From assembly GCA_013265495.1 (NCBI GenBank), contig MU058423.1, positions 4,045,061 through 4,109,060 on the forward strand: DNA of 64,000 bases, written 5' to 3'. Position numbers and translations under genes: made by a program. The DNA is from Vicugna vicugna. Its lineage: Eukaryota. The notes beneath the pieces are model-generated. The model saw nothing but the letters and a program-made list of their open reading frames with translations. It was not told where the DNA came from and did not search any database. Each line of letters starts with the position of its first letter. Position 1 is the stretch's first letter. Of this stretch, positions 50,352-63,130 are shown one piece after another.

Positions 50352-50501
50352 CAGATTGCCAGATAAAACACAGGGCACCCGGTTAAATGTGAATTTCAGG
50401 TAAACAATGAATATTTGGGACATACACAAAATAAATATTTGTCGTTTATCTGCAGTTTAAATAGATACCCTGTATTTTTATTTGCTAAGTTTGCCCACCC
50501 T
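50352..50501. mobile_element. MER53 palindromic MITE with central deletion
   Basis: TTGCCAGATAAAACACAGG...GTTAAATGTGAATTTCAGGTAAACAA...TTTGGGACATAC...GTTTATCTG...CCTGTATTTTTATTTGCTAA...CCACCCT. Confidence 0.82.
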
Positions 50502-52866
50502 CAATTCAAGAGGTCGAGGTCAGGCGAAGCAGGTGGGCAGCAGCCTGGTGGAGGTGGGCTCTGCTTGGGGGTGGACTTGCTGTGACAGTGGCAGAGCTCC
50601 CTGGGTCCGTGGGGAAATCAGGGGACCTGCTTCACCAGGTCCGGGGGGAAAGCTGTACACAGCACTTCTGTGTCCAGCTGGACTTTGGCCTGATTGTGGA
50701 CAGAACAGTAATTTTAAAACCTTTCACACTTTTTCTAGGGCTTTTTTTCCCCTTAAAGCAAGAGCAGGGTAGGAAGTCCTAGGGGGCCGGGGGTGTGACC
50801 GCAGGTGGAGACTCGAAGTGTGAGATCCCCGTAGCTAGCTAGTAAGTGCGACCCAACAGGGGCAGAGGGGGAGAAGAAACGAACGAGCCTCTCTCTGCTC
50901 GGGCCCAGGCACTCTCTGTTTGCGCCTGTATTTTCACAGCAGCCACTGTGAGACGGTTGTTATTATTAACTCTTCTTTACAACATGGCACATAGCAAATA
51001 AATGACAGAACCTGAAACTGACCCCAGTTCTGCAACCGCAGCAGTCTCTGACCTTCCTGAAGCATCCTACTGGGTCCCCTCTCTCGCCATGGCGGATAAT
51101 GCATGTCAGGCGTTTCATCCTCCTCTCCTGAGTAGACGCCGAAGTGGCAAAATTTCACCCTGAGATAGACACCTGGAAGGTGAAGGAAATAGTTGCTGAG
51201 GTCAAACAATTGAAAGCAGAAGGCTGGGCTGGACTTGTCCAGCAGGTAAGACCAGGCTCTTCCAATCACAGGACCATCAGAAAAGCCAGCATTGGGGGGG
51301 AGGCATGGACGACCGGGGTCTGGTCCTCAGGCTGCTGAAGACTCAAAAGGTTTAAGGGAGCAGCAGCAGAATTAGGAAGCCGAAGATAGGATGGTTCTCA
51401 AGCGGTGCTATCGATTGGCCAGGCACCCGGGATATAGTGATGATGCCAGAATGAACTGGTCCCTGCACTCAAGGTCTTAACAGTTTAGTGGGGATGCAGA
51501 TAGCAAACAAATAGCTATAACTAAAAGTTCATGCAGCTGACTGATGTGCTGTGGAAGAGGTACCAGCTATAATGAGGGCATGAGTATTGTAATCACATGG
51601 CCCAGACTAAGAGGGAGCCAAGGCCCCTCCCAAAGCAACAGTACAGACCCTGCAGAGTAGGACTCAGACTTTGTCCTGCAGGTTGGGGAGATCTACTCTA
51701 GGGTAAATGAACTGGTCTAGTGAACAGGAAGGGTAAAGGAGCAGATGAAAGCTAAATGTTGGATTCATTTTTTCCAGCCTATCCTTGGTGGTGAGGCATT
51801 GGACTGGGATCTTGGTCGGGTTGAAAGTAAATTATTGAAAGTAAATTATTCACAACTCTGGATGGTCATATTACTAAAATTGTTCAGATACATTCTTTAG
51901 CTGGATCTCTAACATTTCGTCGCAGACATTTCGTGGGCATGGGTAAAGATGGGGCACAAGGCAGGAGCAGTAGACAATGAGCAGACATAGAGGTATAAGG
52001 TCTCAAACTAGAAAGGTGGCCACTATATTTAAGGGAAGGTCATCCATTTGCGTATAAAGTTTCTACCTTTCAAAACATCCTGGCCATTTAAGATGTAAAA
52101 TCCATAGGAAATTGACATTCAACTTAGAAGAGTCTGAGTGTCTCTATAGCTAGAAATTAAAGTAACAGCCTCAGGAGAAGCCATGGCTAAGCCAAAGCCT
52201 GGGGAAATCCTCAGCTTTGTGACTAGGTCTCCCAGCAAATAGATTACGTGAGGAATTGATTTTTGGCAGATCGGTTAATCAGAGAGTTGGCTCTCAAAAA
52301 CATGGTGATTCAGGGTACTGTCCTGTTTCCATCTGATGTGATCCATTTATTTCTCAGGACTCTTCTAGATTCAAGGACAGAAACCCAAAATGGCTTTGGC
52401 AAAAATAGTAATTTACGGGTAGGATATGGGGATATCCTCTGTAAATGAAGAAGGATCAGATAGCTGAACGGGAAAGGCAGAGGCCTCAGGGGCCGCTGGC
52501 CGGGAATGGGCTGGCCCACTGCTGGGGTGTCTGCAGCGGGACTCACATCCCACAGCTCCCACTCCTGGAGTGGGACTGACTCTTGGCCCAGTTCTGATTT
52601 GAAAACTGCAGAGAAATTCTTTGACTGGCCAACATGAGAAAGGTGCCCAAGAAGAGGGGGAGGCAGATACTCCAAAAGAAGGGGGCAAAGTGGGCAGATG
52701 GAAGAGATGTCCCTTAAAGGCCTTGTGAGACACTGGGGAAGGTGTTTTTGCCTTTTACAACCACAGTGAAGTTCTTGTGGATACAAAGGACAAACCGAGC
52801 CAACTCCCCAAATGAACGAGCCCCCAAGTCTCTTGCCTCCACCTGCCAGTTCAAAATGATAATCCC

Positions 52867-53245
52867 TGTCCTGGCTGTTGTAAATAGTGCCGCTATGAAC
52901 ACTGGGGTGCATGTATCTTTTCAAATTAGAGTTCTCTCTGGATATGTGCCCAGGAGTGGGATTGCTGGGTCATATGATAAGAGTGTTTCTAGTTTTTAGA
53001 GGAATCTCCATACTGTTTTCCACAGTGGCTGCACCAAACTACATTCCCAACAGTGTAGGAGGGCTCCCTTTTCTCCACAGCCTCTCCAGCATTTGTCATG
53101 TGCAGACTTTTTCATTATGGCCATTCTGACTGGTGGGAGGTGATACCTCACTGTAGTTTTGATTTGCATTTCTCTGATAATTAGCAACACTCTGAGCATT
53201 TTTTCATGTGCCTGTTGGCCATGTGTATATACTTTGATGGAAAAA
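52867..53245 (-). mobile_element. L1 ORF2 C-terminal fragment
   Basis: Minus-strand peptide [24 protein letters not shown]...[31 protein letters not shown]. Confidence 0.92.
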
Positions 53246-55419
53246 AATGGAAAATAAAATGGCAATCCCTCTCCACCCTTTGTTTAGAAGGTGGCAGAGA
53301 TCCCCCTTGTCCCCCCAACATCCTCAGCACAGGGGACAGCAGATGGGTATTGCTAGTGGGAACAGAAAACCTGCTTGGCCAGATCGGGCCCCACTTTGAA
53401 CGTGGCAATGGTTCTTTACTGAATTCCACGGGGGCTTCTCCTGAAGGAGATGAAACGAGGGGAGGGGAGGGGACACAGCTGAGGGGCTCTGGGGTGCTCA
53501 CCGGAGCTCAGTGGGAATCAAGGCTGCCTGGCCGCCCTGAACCCAGCCGCGGGAGTGGGCAGGTGTGCTGTCTGCATAACGCCCTTGATCTCCAAGAGAA
53601 ACGGGGGAGAGCCAGTCAGGCGGTAACCTCCTGCCAAGGGCTCCATTAGCCTGCTCTGGTGGCTGCTTCTGAAGTGGTGGCCGCTGGCTCTGCTTGCTCT
53701 CTTGTTCACGGAGGACATATGGGCCAGGCAGGGATCAACGAGGAAACATCTGGCACAGAAACAAATCAAATAGCCCCAGCGACTAATTTAGGAGTGTTGC
53801 CTCTCCATTGTTCTTGCTGCGGCCCGTGCGAAGGTCGCCTGGCGTGGCAGGCTCAGAGAAGCCGCTGCCCCACCTCCACCAGGGCCCAGGAATCAACCTG
53901 TTTTCCTTAAAACTGAATCAATAGCTCCTTCTTCAAGGGTATAGGCAGCAGCTACCTATCTTGGAATCCTGAATTCTCCAGCGTGCGGTCAGCCCCTCCT
54001 TGCCAGCCCCTAGGCACCCCTGTTTCTTGTTAGCCGTTTATCATTTTGCCTCGGAAGGCTCTCCTTTTTTTTTTTTTCTTCCCAAAAAGCTCCACTGAAT
54101 TCAAGTGTGGCATGCTCTATTTCTGCGACTGAGCTTTTTCTTCTTTTGGTCCAAATAAAGGAAATGGCAAATATCCAAGAGTATGAGAGAAAAGGCACAA
54201 GTGCCTGGACCATTAATAGACGAGATGGCCACAGTTCTGATTTTCCTGGTTTATATAAGAGCTTCAAATGCTGGTGGAGCCGGAGCTCAGCCCTGCCAGA
54301 AATGATCTTTAAATTAAATACCCATTTTCTTTTAAATTGCCTTTAATGGCACAATACAACCACATAATTTTCAGCTTAAAAAGATGGTTTGGTAGGATAT
54401 CTGATTCTGCCTGAATACTCTTTTTTTGGGGGGTCAGAAGCACACATCAGAAAGCTTATTTGTAAAGTTCTCCACGGGAAACAATACACCCTTCCCCGAG
54501 AATTTATTCTAACGTGTTCAGGGTGTGCTGTGGGATAAGCCAGGTCCTCTGTGTTTAACTGCATCCTAGCGCCCTGGTAACACCTGGCTGCACCCCTGCT
54601 TCACCTCCTCATCTGGCGCCACACACTCATGGGGCTGTGGGTGTCCAGAGTCAGGGGCTCCAGGGGCTGACATCCTACTGCTAGTCAGCGAAGACTGTGC
54701 CTCCCTTGGAAACATTTAGAAATATCTCCTGGTCCTATTCCCAGCAGAGAGAACATACTCCAGTCTCCATTCATTCAAGTCCCAAGGGAAGCAAATGCTG
54801 GGTTTCTCTGCTCTTCTATCCTGCTGTCCCCAGCCATCTCCCAGCTCCCAGAAGTGATTCCGAAATTGCCTTAGTGCTTATCATCACTGGATTTTTCCAG
54901 TGCAGCACCAGCGCCCCTCCCTCCCCTCCCTGACGTAGATGGGTGTCTGTTATAAGAAAGGCTGTCCCTAGGCAGGTGGGTGATCACTGGAGTGACAAGA
55001 GAAGTGGGACCTAGTCCCAGCTCAGTCATGAGCCTGCTGTGTGCTCAGAGACAAATTACAGCCCGTCTGTGACTCTGCCTCTGTACCTTCTTCTCAGACA
55101 CACAAGTAGAGGTCTTCTGATTTGGTTGTCACATGAGGTGGGAGTGGGTACCAGGTTCAGGGAAAGCTGTCCTTCATAAGCAAGGTGCTGATAATGAACG
55201 GTCATGGGTTTGGAGACCCTGTATTGGAGGTTTCAGAGCATCCCACTGTGTTTTAGCTACTCTAAGCAACTCAGGGACATATTCATTAATCAAGACTGCC
55301 AATGGATTCCTCCAGATTTCCTTGGAACCTGGCAAGAGGACAGTGCAAGGCACTGTCTGGCGCCTGTTTCTCTTGGTTGCGTGACTACCCGTCACGGCTG
55401 CCTAATGATGACAACGTGA

Positions 55420-55640
55420 TCATTTGTCTAGTAATTACAAAGCACTTTCATTTTACTGCCTCCTTTAATGGTCCCAATAACTCTGGGGAATAAATATTAG
55501 TTCCTCTATTTTATAGATGAAAAACCTGAGGTTTAGAAAGGTTAATGACTTATTAAGTGACGCTCTAGCTACTAAGGGATAGAGTTGGAATACAAAGCCA
55601 GGAGTTCTGATTTCAACTCTAAACTATTTCCGTTTTCCCA
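55420..55640 (-). mobile_element. MIR SINE
   Basis: CCTCTATTTTATAGATGAAAAACCTGAGGTTTAGAAAGGTTAATGACTT. Confidence 0.8.
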
Positions 55641-56011
55641 GTGGTTTTCAGGCTGGTCCCTCAAAGGTCTGGGTTTGGGGAAGTCTCTCGGGGGGGCCAG
55701 GGAAGCTAAGCCAGTGGGGCTCAGACCCCTGGATTCAATCAAAGCTCCTTTTTTTCCTCCTGTTTTATAGTTACAGGATTCCACACTAAATCTGGTTTTA
55801 AACAAAATGTTTCTAGTGCTAAAAGAACAGTTTGTGAGCCACAACACTATATCATATCCTTTGAAAATGAAACCTTTTATCAGTCCCCCTCTTTCGTACT
55901 CAGAAGATTCTTCACTCTTTGTTCTAACAATCCCAGCTTGAAATCCTCTTTCCCAGAGGAGCTGACTGCAGATCCTCTTTCTTTCCTCAGCCCAAGTGAG
56001 CCATGTTATGG

Positions 56012-56292
56012 TTTTTGTTTTTGTTTTTGATGAGTGTCATTATTTTTATTATAATTCTTTGTTTTTTTTTTAATTGAAGTATAGTCAGTTACCTTGTGTC
56101 AATTTCTGGTGTCCAGCATAATGTCCAGTCATGCATATATATTCATCTTCATATTCTTTTTCATTAAAAGTTATTATAAGATATTGAATACAATTCCCTG
56201 TGCTATACAGAAGAAATTTGTTTTTTTTAATCTATTTTTTATATATAGTGGTTAACACTGGCAAATCTCAAACTCCCAAATTCATCCCTTCC
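56012..56292 (-). mobile_element. 5'-truncated L1 3' end with two tails
   Basis: TTTTTAATTGAAGTATAGTCAGTTAC...CCCTGTGCTATACAG...CAAATCTCAAACTCCCAAATT; candidate TSD TGTTATGGT (56004-56012) / TGTTTTGGT (56293-56301). Confidence 0.88.
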
Positions 56293-57795
56293 TGTTTTGG
56301 TAGACCTTTCACAGGAGGATGGTTCTGTGGCCGAGGCAGCGGACACCAAGCCAGATGTGGTCGAGCCCAGTTGGAGGCCCCATTCCCTTCCGGAAGAACA
56401 GAACCACATGCTCCAGCTTGCCTCACACATACAAAAGGAAAGGCTAGTGTCCATTTTAATTACATGGAATAATTACATGTCACACATCTTCTGAGCAGTT
56501 TCGTAGTTGCTCTACTTGTAATGCCAACATTAGCATTCAAAGATGCCTCTCGCACTGTGTGCAGATGTGGGGCTTATCGGCTGTCATGCTCCTTGTGGCC
56601 ACAAGATGTCAGGCAAATATGGTTGTGGGATGTAAGTGCAAGAAGGTGCCCTGGCTCCTGAAAACGCCACTGATGAGCTCATTGGCTGATTAAAATCCTT
56701 CCAATAAGCTTGTGAGAAGCGTCCCGGGAAAGTCTATGAAATGTGTCATATTGTTATCCTGTTGATGGAGGGGCTGAACACCACTAGCTGGTAATCAGAT
56801 TAAGATGAACAAATACTGATTGTACATGCTTGCACGATGCAATCCTGCATAATTAAAGGCCACCGAGTTTCCCAGCTCTTTCTCTAGCATGTGCTACCAC
56901 AAGCAATGTGTACTGTCTTCACAGAGCACCCTGAGTGGACCTGACTATAGGAAAGAAATAGTCTCAGTTAGAGGAGCAATCTCCTTCGAGAGTTTGTTTG
57001 AAAATCTGATGAAATAAAGAAATGGGTTTTAATAACTATCATGCCACTGAGACATTTTACAAACCAAAATATATTGAATTAATTAAAGCCATATATCTAA
57101 ACACGTGTGTACATCTAATCTAGATTTGTTTACTCAGGGACTTGAGTGACAGGTGTTGTTAAATAACAGGCAATCTGCACCCCTACCCCCCAACTATTCT
57201 TTCAGTCTTCTGACTGACTTCCTATGACAGCTCCCTTGGGATCTGATAGAGGGAAGCAACGCTGACAAGCAATGGCCCCATCCAGTCAACAAGTAGTGAC
57301 TGTGTCCTACGGAGGGCTGGGTGCTCGTGGGGATGCGGAAGACCTGGAGGGCGGGGTCTATACCTCAGCCTTCCCTCCTTCTGTCTCATTTAGTGCCTTC
57401 TCTAGTTTTCTGTCTTCTGCTTCTCTTCTTAACCCTTCAAACGTTCCTTACTGCTCAGCTGGAAGATGAGGAGCCATGATTCACCTACCTTTTAAAACAT
57501 GTTGACTTCCTACCACATGCTAAACTTTGGCCTAAAGATTCAAAGATGAACTGAAAGTGGTCCTCACCTTGCTGATGGGAGAGTATGGTCATGGAGCAGA
57601 TGAGCCAAAAATCAGGTCACAGCAGCCTGGTGATGTAATCAAGCAAACGTGCCATGGAGTGAACGCACAGGCAAGGAAGGACTAATCCTGCTTGGTCCTG
57701 AGGCATCGTGCTACTCCACAAAAATGGTGGCCTGGAGCTGGCGGAGTGACCAGGGATAGCGCTGCCGGAAGAGTTAGAACACGTGGAGGCAAGAG

Positions 57796-58190
57796 TGTCA
57801 GGGTAAAGGCTAAATGCTGTAACAAAGGAGCTACAAGGCAGTGACTTGGAATAACTCCACCTGTCTCTCACATGACGTCTGAAGGTGGGAACTCAGTTGG
57901 GTGAGGGGGCGGGTCTGCTCCACCAGGTCAGCCAGGGACCGAGATCCTTCTACTTGCAGCTACACACTCGTCTGAGATTGGCAGAGCTACAGCGGGCTTG
58001 CTGCTAAGGGCGTGTTCCAGTCGTAGGAAGGAAGGAGAGAAAAGGTCCAGGGCAAGCCAGCTCACTTCAGTCAAGTGAGGCAGAAGTTGCCCACTTCTCT
58101 TCCTCCTGCATTTCATTGGCTTGGAGAACAGACACATGGCCACATCTAGCTGTGAGGCGGCAGGCAGGAAAATACGTTTTTAATAAGATG
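57796..58190 (-). mobile_element. MaLR solo LTR (MLT1 type)
   Basis: GCTAAATGCTGTAACAAA...CAGTGACTT...CAGGGACC...CATTTCATTGGCTTGGAGAAC...CACATGGCCACATCTAGCTG. Confidence 0.75.
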
Positions 58191-59341
58191 AAAAAGGGAA
58201 GGACGAGCTATCAGGAACAACCAGCAGCCTGCCATAGCAAAGGAGTTAAAGGGAATGCCATGTTGCAGAATTTGTACATGGTGGAGGGTCGCTGGATCAT
58301 GGCTGGTGTGGCTGGTGTGGCTAGTGATGTGTCTGGTGTGGTGGGGCCAGGCTGGGGAGGAGTGTGAAAGCTGCATTACTAAGAAAAGTTGAGTGAGGCG
58401 GACATGCCGAGCTTCATGTTTGGGGACAGCACTCTCTTACCTGGTGGCTGAGAGGTCATTCGGGGTGGACTGCAGCCCAGGCCAGAGATGACGAGGACTT
58501 CGCCCAGGGGTGGGGCAGGGGGGAAGGCTGAGGGGGAGAGCAGAATAGATGTAAGAACTGCTTAACTGGTACGTTTCCACCAGCCACTTCAATAAAAAAG
58601 TGTTAACAAACCATATGACATTATTTCCACTACTAGCAAAGCCTCTTCCACAAAGAATAATAGTCCTGCCCGTCTCCCTCGGTTTTTGTTAAATATACAC
58701 ACTGGCAATCAAAGCAGCAGGGTGGGTCTTTCAGGTTTGCCAACTTGGGTTCATGCTCGTTACTCATGTAACTCTCACAACCTTGTGGGTTCAGAGCCCT
58801 GAACGTGTTGTTATGTTGAGAGTGTATCTGCCACGCAGGGACTGAGGCACACAAACCAAGTTCGGAGAGACTGACACTGATTTAGCCATCTGTAGTGAGC
58901 AGAGTGGCAGGCGAGCGGAGAGACGCCGCCTGGACCAGCTCTCTAGGGTGCACTGTCCATGGGGAGTCAGATGAGAAGAGGACTGCTTTAGGGATGCAGA
59001 ACAGAGCATGGGGATTATATATCTGATTATTAAATGGTGTTCAGCTCTGACAGCTCTGATGTATTCCTTTCCAAGGTGGGGATGTGGCTATTAGGGGCCC
59101 TGACATCTCGTGTTGCACTTATCAGGCATCTCACCCTAAACATTTCAAAACTTGGAAACTCTGGCTTTTCCCTCACTGTGTCCACATTAGGGGACATTTA
59201 TAATTACACCCCACATATGGAGATTCTGATAAGAACCAGGGTCCCTGGGCCCCATTTTGGGAAGTAATGGGAGTACATTTTATTCTGGAGATGAGCCAGA
59301 GGAGACCAAAATTTAAAGTATCAAAGACTGATCTTCCACAG

Positions 59342-59560
59342 CAGGGATCAGCAAGCTTTTTCTGTAAAAGGCCAGACGGTAAATATTTGAGGTATTGTGG
59401 GCCATATCATTTCTACCATAACCACTCAGCTCTGTAATGATAGCCTCACAACAGCCATAGACAATAGGTAAACAAATGTTTCTTAAAACCTTATTTACAA
59501 AAAAAGCAACCAGCTGGATTTGGTCCATGAGCCGTACTTGACTGAATACCCCCACCCCTG
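59342..59560. mobile_element. MER58A hAT-Charlie MITE
   Basis: CAGGGATCAGCAAGCTTTTTCTGTAAAAGGCCAGACGGTAAATATTT...CAGCCATAGACAATA...GGATTTGGTCC...ACCCCTG. Confidence 0.85.
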
Positions 59561-60839
59561 GCTGGCCCAGCTTACCTCTTTGTTCACGGAATCTCCAGAA
59601 AGGAGTCAATACTATTGATTTTTTTGTACTAACTAAATCTTAATTATGTTCCACTTACCCTCCCTGAGTTTGCATCCAGACCAACCTGATTGGAATTTGG
59701 TACGTTTCTGAAGCTCCATGTCACAGAGAGTCTCTTGCTTTAACCATCGATGCCTGTCGCAGCTGTGGTGTGGAATTCTGGTTGAGTTCTCAGAAGCCAG
59801 TCTTATTTCTTTCCAAGTTCCAGAGTAGCAACTCACTCTGTATCTATTATAAAACCCATTTTACAGGTGATTAATCCAAGTTAAAGTGATGCTTGTAAAT
59901 GGAAGACCAGAGACTGGATGCCAAGTCGTAAAACTCCAGGACCAATCGTCAACTCCACTGTGTGACATTTTCTTGGGTTTATTCTAACTCTGTAAGTATA
60001 AACTGTAGACAGGGAAACAAGTCAATTTAGTTAGTGTAATGACAACAGGAAAATGTGACAATCTGGGTATGATAGAAAATTATTAGAATTTGGGGGCTAT
60101 AAACACAAAACAAAACTGAAATGTAAATCCAAGTTCACTGCCTAACACCGTCTTTATAGCTACAGTGAACATGACCTTTCTGGAACAAAAGAAAGACGAT
60201 TTAGTTATCAAAGCCGAAGCAGGTTTATGCGACTGAGTGTTTGGGATTAAACTCTACACTTCATTAAGCATATGGTCGTGAGCAGTGTCTGCTTCCGACT
60301 GTACTGATGAGAGGGGACGTGGCCAGAAATACCCTTCAGACATCTGGGAGTGGCTTCTGGCTACCTCCAGGCTTGGCAGACCGAATTCAGGAAAACGTTC
60401 ATCCTGATACCCCTCATTGTTGCAGCAGTTGTGTGACAAATTGGGTCCTCATTCCAGCCAATGGCACACCTATGAAACCCTTCCTTACCTGACCCCACCC
60501 CCGTAGGGTTGGCCACTCCTTCTTCGCTGTCAGTCATGCTCGAGGAAGGCCTATACCACTTCACGGGCTTACCCATTCCTAGGTCTCTTCTTCTGTCTCC
60601 TTTGGGGCAACAATTAGGTTGAATCTTCCCACTTAGCGTGCGCCCGGCCCTCGATAGTCACTCTACAAATATTTGACAAGGGAAAGAAAGCCTCCCAATG
60701 CAACATTTTTTTTTTTTCGCCTTCATTCTTTACATACACCCTCGAAGTAATGAGTATGTGGCAACACCCACCTCCCCTTTCCCTTCCCTGTTCGGCTCCC
60801 TCACATACTTGTCCCTGGTGGGGAGCACACCTTTGCATT

Positions 60840-61130
60840 GAGCCTCCCCATGTGCCAGGCAATGTTTTAAGTGCTTTGCATGTCTCAGCTCCTTTGACCT
60901 CCTTGACACTGCTGGAGACCCTCTGCATGCCAGCTCTAGAATTAGACAGCTACGGTTTGGATTCTGAACTCTTCACTACTTAGCTGCTTGATCTCCAGGT
61001 CTCACCTTCATAGTCTATGAAATCATCAGAAAAATGATAGTTGTCGAGTCTTAGGTTTCATGAACTTTAAGTGAGATAATACACATCAGGTGCTGAGCAC
61101 AGTGCCTGGCACCTAGTCGGAGCACTACTG
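60840..61130. mobile_element. Two MIR fragments (minus, then plus)
   Basis: ATGTGCCAGGCAATGTTTTAAGTGCTTTGCATG; GTGAGATAATACACA...GCACAGTGCCTGGCACCTAGT. Confidence 0.75.
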
Positions 61131-62289
61131 ATTTTTTAGCTCTTAATATCATGCTTGAGAGCTGAGAGATACTAGCAAATGAAAGCCCGTCTTCCAGATG
61201 TTTTATGCTAAAGAGTGTGATTATCTGCCTGGTCTCCACTCCTGTAAATGAAGCCAGGAATTCACCCCATAGGCTTGTACCATGGGAGTTACAGCTAGAT
61301 GGAGCCAGCACCTTGAGGGGCAGAGAGGCTTAAAGACAAAGAGGAAGAAAGAGTGGCAGGCTTCGCTCTGATTCCGGGAGAGCAACAAAGATACTCCGGC
61401 CCCCACGCATGTTTGTGATGGACTAAGAGTAAGACTGGATTCTGTGTGGTGATGTAGCGAGTGGCCTTCCACACGGGCAACATAACAGCAAGATTACAAA
61501 CGTCTTACTTAGGCGGTTAAACAGCTGGTCGATGATCATTGTGTGCCGAGCAAAGCACCGTCCGGCAAGCCTGTGCCCCCTCCCTGGAAAATGCTCGCGC
61601 GTGAACTTTGTTACAACGCCGGAGAAGGCGGATGAGGACGTGATGTCCAGGCAGCGGAGAAGGAGGGGTTCCTGCCAGAAGCGACTCCAGGGTGTAGTTC
61701 GTGGGCACGAGGCAGAGGGTACGATGACACGGGTAAGATATTTCACCATGCAGAGGTCTTCTGACACACACCATTCAAATGGAAATGAAAACCATGACAA
61801 ATTAAAGAAAATTAAAGGCTCTCTGCGCTCCTTTCCGGGCGAGATACCTTCTGTGGGGTATGGCCCAGTCAGACGGATCAGAGGGGTCAGGGTTTTCCAG
61901 CGCTAAATATGCAGCAGCGCTGCATTAAGGAGGGAGCACGGGGGGTGATTTTGGAGGCTGAGGCATGTGGAGCCGGCTCCTTGAGGAGATGGCATGGCAA
62001 ACCCACCCTCATGCGGGGGAGGGCGGCTTCCTAGGGTCTCCATCTCTTCTCCTTCCGGCTCTGCTTCCTGTCAAACCTACGCTACTTCCCTAGCGTGTAT
62101 CTTGCAAGGGGAAAAATCACCCTTAACACCTTACGTGGAGGATGTTAGGAAGTGCGCTTCCCTCTTGGCTGTAAGTAAGTAATGTTTCTACAAGAGAAAA
62201 GAAGACAGCGCGGGAAGGGCGGGGAGGACAAGGTTTATCAGACAGAATACGTGCCAGTGAGGAGGGCCTGCGCTGGAGTGTTAACATGG

Positions 62290-62480
62290 ACCGGACAGGA
62301 AGGCCCGCCGCCGGCAAGGCCGGCGCAGGTGCACCCCCCGGGCCCGCCTCGGCGGCGGCGCGCAGGCAGGGCCGGGGACCCGCGCCAAGGAGCGGACCGC
62401 CCGCGCTGCTTCGGCAACGCCGGCGGCGCTGGGGGAAACGGCTCCTGCACAGAGACGCCGGGGATTAAGGGAACCCGGGA
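62290..62480. promoter_or_regulatory. Small CpG island-like GC-rich patch
   Basis: Dense CpG (e.g. GGCCCGCCTCGGCGGCGGCGCGCAGG) with GC boxes in a CpG-poor background; no associated exon seen. Confidence 0.6.
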
Positions 62481-62659
62481 CCCCTCTGGAATTATTTCCA
62501 TGGGGGAAAATCCAAAATGAAAGACATTTAGGCAACTCTAATAGTTATAAAAAGTACAGTTTAAAAGACTTGACTCCGCCTATGAATCTCAGTTATAAAA
62601 GCCGTATCTCCCATGCATGCATCTTAATCGACTCCCGACTTCTGTTTAGGGATGTGTTC

Positions 62660-63130
62660 ATACATTCAACAAAAATGTAACAAACATTGTGGTGAGCCAC
62701 TTCAGATGTACCTTTGATAGGCCAAGGAGGTGGGGACAGATGATAAATAAAATATATATTAAATAAGTAAAGTATACACTTTAGAAGATGAGAAGCACTA
62801 TAGCAAAACAAAAAAAAATAGAGTAAAGGGAATGGCAGGGGTGGAGGTGCTTGACATTTTAGGTTTAATGAACAGGGTGCGGCTTATGGAAAAGCTGAGG
62901 GCTTAAAGGCAGTATGGGAGGATTCCATGAACATATTTGGGAAAAAAGTGGTTCAGGCAGAGAACACAGCAGAGCAAAAGCTCGAATTGGAAGTGGGCGT
63001 AGCTTGTTCCGACGAAGAGCAAGGGGGCCTGTGAGGCCGGAGCAGAGAGCAGGGGTGCGGTGGGGGGTCGGCAGAAGACTGAGGGGCTGTGGCATCTCAC
63101 CTTAAGCCCATTGCGAGGACTGGTTTTTAT
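62660..63130 (-). mobile_element. L2 relic
   Basis: CAGGCAGAGAACACAGCAGAGCAAAAG...CTTGTTCCGACGAAGAGCAAGGGGGCCTGTGAGGCCGGAGCAGAG. Confidence 0.75.

Noticed and set aside
52310..53649. ORFs 52310..52924 (204 aa, minus) and 53206..53649 (147 aa, plus)
   Set aside because: Both start inside an L1 fragment and have no domain similarity or exon structure.
57180..57320. Acceptor-like CTGACTGAC...CCTATGACAG suggesting an exon
   Set aside because: No convincing donor or partner exons and no meaningful ORF; cannot be supported from sequence alone.
58301..58345. (GGCTGGTGT)n short repeat, Chi-like
   Set aside because: Tiny degenerate tandem repeat; Chi sites are irrelevant in mammalian DNA.
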